Shown here: one piece after another, positions 61,201 through 64,000 of the stretch
Numbering within the stretch: the stretch's first letter is position 1
Layout of the letters: each line of letters opens with the position of its first letter
Source of the DNA: an uncultured Ruficoccus sp.
Lineage (GTDB): Bacteria; Verrucomicrobiota; Verrucomicrobiia; Opitutales; Cerasicoccaceae
Assembly: GCA_965140785.1 (NCBI GenBank)
Contig: OZ223514.1
Location: forward strand, 128,001-192,000
Direction of reading: 5' to 3'
Length of the DNA stretch: 64,000 nt
Made by a program: the position numbers and the translations under genes
The notes under the pieces: model-generated
The model's database searches: none
The model's input: the letters and a program-made list of their open reading frames with translations, nothing else
What the model was told of the DNA's origin: nothing

Positions 61201-61472
61201 AGGGAGGCATCCGCCGTGATGACGGTATCCGGACCGAGGTCTTTTTGGACTTCACCGATCGCGACCTTCAGGCCCAGCAGCGCATTGGCCCGGGCCACGG
61301 AGATCTGGTTGACGGTCGACTGGGAGCGTGTCTCGACGGATACGAGCAGGCTCATGCTGAGCATCAGGCTCACCAGCAGGGCGAGTATCCCCAGCGAGAG
61401 GATCAGCGCGAAGCCGTTTTTACGGTTTCCATTCAGGGAGGAACCGTTTGCGTTGTTGGGGTAGACAAGCAT
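58278..61472 (-). CDS. Large PilX-like / Verru_Chthon cassette A-like protein
   Basis: GFALILSL..LL, ARANALLGL..A.GE.Q...GPD; GGLKQDL; FNVNS.SV.AW; RGPF.SLAEFINR; TVRGDSFLIRAYGE; RKFRIVAFRWL. Confidence 0.8.
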   Translation of the reverse strand: MLVYPNNANGSSLNGNRKNGFALILSLGILALLVSLMLSMSLLVSVETRSQSTVNQISVARANALLGLKVAIGEVQKDLGPDTVITADASLTSTAVTGKNRWLGVWNSDGTGTPIWMVSGDETPQTPLDAANSVDILGDGESYAPKVRIGGNSPSGYYAFWVSDLAQKARIDLTDERITENGYISEDGSTIVAPRGFGVSSISDLSELAVASEPSQEGDKMRAQLGSMPSLAEAALLTSKQDLVDHYHGLSAYSYGLLTNVIDGGLKQDLTTLVTATSAPPGTIYPDGPPWALLENFLALSKDIDGNGIRPSVRNPVTSGGATVMDFPDSHGVAPVVFFWELGMSVALKPPVPVVYEPTDIIPLELRLEPVVVMLNPYDVPLKSQTYTFRIESGGGSYTVDEFDPTKNNTQREPAMVLELEGASGDTTILTPHSGSSYGKENYGNYLNEWLPDFTGHTTDSSGNTFRTNSFRVSFTASFEPGEIKVFALSDNTDLPGKSDQWVLPLDEVKDPLSSHYASSEDISGALDQPLTGEMYDQMKDGTHALRLRLLAGSVKTLLYLGLVDNENPMRSHTLTTTQSVAYDAESSGSTYYIGAYLKGPNDLVNKDDHPASHEGLASLRDYNLRSNYQQKLYKSNLGITEFGQSPVLSPFSDTDTQYKGVFSLWDPAMFDSTSLEPRLVFFHLPREPMSSLAELQQVDFSTSVYAPTYAVGNSRANPWIPANATAVPDYGLQDFSYLLNQALWDDYFFSTLETDENGVATPAYPRIQIVDRDGTPPATATLLDPERAAGYLMIDGPFNVNSDSVDAWTALLASGYRFPTRIEDAISGQQSLTMNTGSAYARSPLPAGDAIGEDDDADTTAEYWRGYRDLSDVQIRNLAGQIVHQIRQRGPFTSLAEFINRDPASGVPGNQLSGLLQAAIDSQQTVTVDGVDYAPAGINPTPDATNAVQAVHEELDYAFADAALGLRSSQAPGYLSQADLLAKLGPLLTVRGDSFLIRAYGESVDPLTGNTIASAQCEAIVQRMPSYLEDPAQDPAEPANAANTPLGRKFRIVAFRWLNGDTL

Positions 61473-61722
61473 AAATGGTAACTTTCAGCGTGCTCTATTC
61501 CGATGAAAAGTCGAACGGGGCTATTCGTTACCTGTAACGCCCGATGACCTCAACCCATTTGGTTCCTTTAAGACAACCCGCCAGCATCGATGCCCGCCAC
61601 GAACTTGGACAGAGTTGACGGACTTTGTCCCGATACGTGTAACGGCAGGGATCGCTGGCGTGTGCCAGCAGTCCTCTTATGGTAGCATGCTCAAACTCCC
61701 ACCCTCTGGAACCCCTGCGTAT

Positions 61723-63768
61723 ATGCCTTCTGTTTTTTTAAGGATTTTTCTTCTTATCCTCTTCATGGCCGCCGTGAGCGACGCCGCGCAGCCGGATACG
61801 GCCGATGGGCCGGTTGTCGTTATGGTCGGCGATTCCACCGTGACGGACGCGTTGTCCTCCCGCGATCAGGCCGGCTGGGGCTGGGCCTTGGCGCAAATGG
61901 CCCAGCCCGGAGTGACCGTTTACAATACCGCCAAGGGCGGGCGCAGCTCGCTCAGCTTCCGCACCGAAGGCCGGTGGGACGAGGCCATGAGTCACAATCC
62001 GGATTGGGTGCTGATCCAGTTCGGCCATAATGACCAGCCCGGCAAAGGGCCGAAACGCGAAAGCAAGCCGGAGACGGAATATCGCGATCACCTGCGCCAG
62101 TACATTGCCGAGGCCCGCGAACAGGGGGCCGAGGTTATTCTCCTGACGCCGATCGCCCGCCGGACCTTTGCCAAGGACGGGACATTGAAGGATAGCCTGG
62201 CTCCGTACGCCGAGGCCGTGCGCATCGTGGGAGAGGAGACCGGCACGCCCGTGCTCGACCTGCACGCGCGCAGCATGCAGGAGTACCTGGCAATGGGTGA
62301 GGAGGCGACCGCCCGCCTGGGCCCGCCCGACAAGGCCGTGGACCGGACGCACTTCTCCAAGGCCGGGAGCCAGCAGGTTGCCCTTTGGGTTTATGATCTT
62401 TTGAGCGAGACCACGCCGGAGCTGGCCGCCAGTTTCGACCCCTCCCTGTTTCCTGTCGTGGAGCCGATTTTCCAGATACCGACGCCGGGGCAAGGGCGGG
62501 AAGGCGTCAAGCTGATCCCCGGTCCCTTTGAGGATATCCAGGGCGCGATGGCCGAAGAGGCGGCGGTCAAGGTGGCCGAACCGCTGACGCAAGCGGCGCA
62601 ACTGGAGGCCGGGACACTCTGCTGCTGGTTTTACGTGGACCAGCCCTACCAAAGCGCACCCGGCAACGAGCAGTGGAAGGAGACCGTCGTTTCCGCGCCC
62701 AAGGTCCTCGACCTGACGGTGGGGCTTTGGCCGCAATTCTGGGGCCTGTTTATGAACTGGCGCGGGCCGTACAACTTCGGCGGCTACATGCGGATTCAGA
62801 CGCCCTCGATCTCCGGCCCCGGCTGGCATCACCTCGCGGCGGTCTGGGACACGCAGCGCGGCATCCAGAATCTCTACTTCGACGGTCGTCCCGCCGGAGC
62901 GAATATCCCGACCTACGAGCCCGGCGAGCCGGCCCCGGTTTTTAAGGAAATCGTGGCCAAGCTCCTGCCGACGATCGGGCTGTGCGACATCCGCCTCTAC
63001 GATCAGGCGCTCGACGAAGAGTCGCTTAATGGGCTTCTATCCGTCCTCTACTCGGGCCAGTCCGATCGTATCCTGGGGGTGGAATCGCTCGGGGAGATTT
63101 CCATCGAGGAGGACAACCTTACGTTGATCTACGAGAATGCCCTGACCTCGGACAAGGGCTCGGCGCAGTGGGTGATGGAAGGACCCGGCGAAGTCCAGTA
63201 CACGCCGGACGGGATGCTCATGGAGTCCAGCCGCCCGGAGAGTCGGGACGGACACTTCGTCTATTGGCTGGATAAAAAGCTGCCGGAGAATTTCGTGGCC
63301 GAGTGGAAGGTCAAGGTGCTCAGCGAGTACGGGCTGAACATCGTGTTCTTCTCCGCCACCGGACCCGGAGGGGGTTCCATCTTCGACCCGTCCGTCGCAC
63401 CGCGCGATGGCGATTTTAAGCAGTACCACAGCGGCGACATCGACTGCTACCACATCTCCTACTATGCCGACGGGGAGGAGCACCCCGGGCGCTCGACGGC
63501 CAACCTGCGCAAGAACAGCGGCTTTTACCTCGTCTCCAACGGCCCCGAGGGGATTCCGCCGGAGAGTACCGACTTTCATCAGGTCGTCCTGAAAAAGCAG
63601 GGCGGCAAGATCCAGTTGGCGGTGGACGGCAAGTTGTCCATCGACTGGCAAGACGACGGCGAGAGCTATGGCCCCGTGCTCGGGGCGGGATGGTTCGGAC
63701 TGCGCCAGATGCGCTGGACCCAGGCCCTCTATCAAGACCTTAAAATTTATGCTCTGAATGAAAATTAA
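61723..63768 (+). CDS. Secreted fusion: CE12 rhamnogalacturonan acetylesterase + LamG-like + YesU (DUF1961)-like domain
   Basis: GDSTV, GWG, GGRSS..F, QFGHND, DRTHF; GWHHLAAVWD...LYFDG; RDGDFKQYHSGDI.CYHISYY, NLRK, G.FGLRQM. Confidence 0.8.
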   Translation: MPSVFLRIFLLILFMAAVSDAAQPDTADGPVVVMVGDSTVTDALSSRDQAGWGWALAQMAQPGVTVYNTAKGGRSSLSFRTEGRWDEAMSHNPDWVLIQFGHNDQPGKGPKRESKPETEYRDHLRQYIAEAREQGAEVILLTPIARRTFAKDGTLKDSLAPYAEAVRIVGEETGTPVLDLHARSMQEYLAMGEEATARLGPPDKAVDRTHFSKAGSQQVALWVYDLLSETTPELAASFDPSLFPVVEPIFQIPTPGQGREGVKLIPGPFEDIQGAMAEEAAVKVAEPLTQAAQLEAGTLCCWFYVDQPYQSAPGNEQWKETVVSAPKVLDLTVGLWPQFWGLFMNWRGPYNFGGYMRIQTPSISGPGWHHLAAVWDTQRGIQNLYFDGRPAGANIPTYEPGEPAPVFKEIVAKLLPTIGLCDIRLYDQALDEESLNGLLSVLYSGQSDRILGVESLGEISIEEDNLTLIYENALTSDKGSAQWVMEGPGEVQYTPDGMLMESSRPESRDGHFVYWLDKKLPENFVAEWKVKVLSEYGLNIVFFSATGPGGGSIFDPSVAPRDGDFKQYHSGDIDCYHISYYADGEEHPGRSTANLRKNSGFYLVSNGPEGIPPESTDFHQVVLKKQGGKIQLAVDGKLSIDWQDDGESYGPVLGAGWFGLRQMRWTQALYQDLKIYALNEN

Positions 63769-64000
63769 ACATCTCCTTACCCCCCTGTGTTTGCTTGCCT
63801 GTCTGCCTCAGGTTCTTACCGCGCTTGAGATCGAAGTTCAGCCGACCTTTCACAGTGCCAGCGTGTACCTGCGTGAGGCGGATACGCTCGACTATGCCGT
63901 GAACTATCGCGAGGCCGGGACGGAAGTCTGGCAACCCTCGCCCGAACTGGTCTGGACGGACGACATGCCAGTTCCGAGAAACTCCCTTCTAGGCCTTCGC
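63758..64000 (+). CDS. Secreted protein, 3'-truncated by window edge
   Basis: ATG overlapping previous stop; MKIKHLLTPLCLLACLPQVLTA signal, then PTFHSASVY...YR...W...SLLGL, open to the edge. Confidence 0.7.
   Translation, partial: MKIKHLLTPLCLLACLPQVLTALEIEVQPTFHSASVYLREADTLDYAVNYREAGTEVWQPSPELVWTDDMPVPRNSLLGLR

Noticed and set aside
61473..61722. Riboswitch in the PilX-like/CE12 divergent spacer
   Set aside because: Two short hairpins (GGACAGAGT/ACTTTGTCC and GCTGGC/GCCAGC) but no match to a riboswitch consensus I recognise

Overview
GC-rich bacterial chromosomal segment. Two PEP-CTERM proteins, a prepilin with the H-X9-DG motif, a large PilX-like protein and dense glycan-catabolism genes point to Verrucomicrobiota, probably Opitutia (inference). 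In order, it contains: (1) the 3' part of an aryl-polyene/xanthomonadin-like type II FAS/PKS lipid cluster (1-8938); (2) a housekeeping block (PEP-CTERM, purH, M20 peptidase, sulfotransferase, TrkA-C protein, pal, cbiX-like, NarL-type regulator, tRNA-Lys, GPP34/GOLPH3-like, CcdA-like, phosphatase-DAG-kinase fusion); (3) a carbohydrate island of about 27 kb (SGNH esterase, AraC, AKR, YphC-like dehydrogenase, GH95, PMI-like, a glucarate-dehydratase-like operon with IclR, FAD oxidoreductases, GntR/LacI hybrid, GH78, PEP-CTERM, GH51-like, prepilin, uxuA); (4) a TetR-controlled RND efflux operon with visible operators; (5) a PilX-like/partner pair and a CE12-LamG-YesU fusion. No CRISPR array, integrase or transposase was seen. 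Frameshifts in purH, GH95 and the PMI-like gene are all repaired by removing extra bases and most likely reflect long-read assembly errors. The best candidate for an under-described system is a SusCD-free glycan locus in which CAZymes are clustered with a PEP-CTERM surface protein and a type IV-like pilin. All family calls come from recognised motifs, not database searches.
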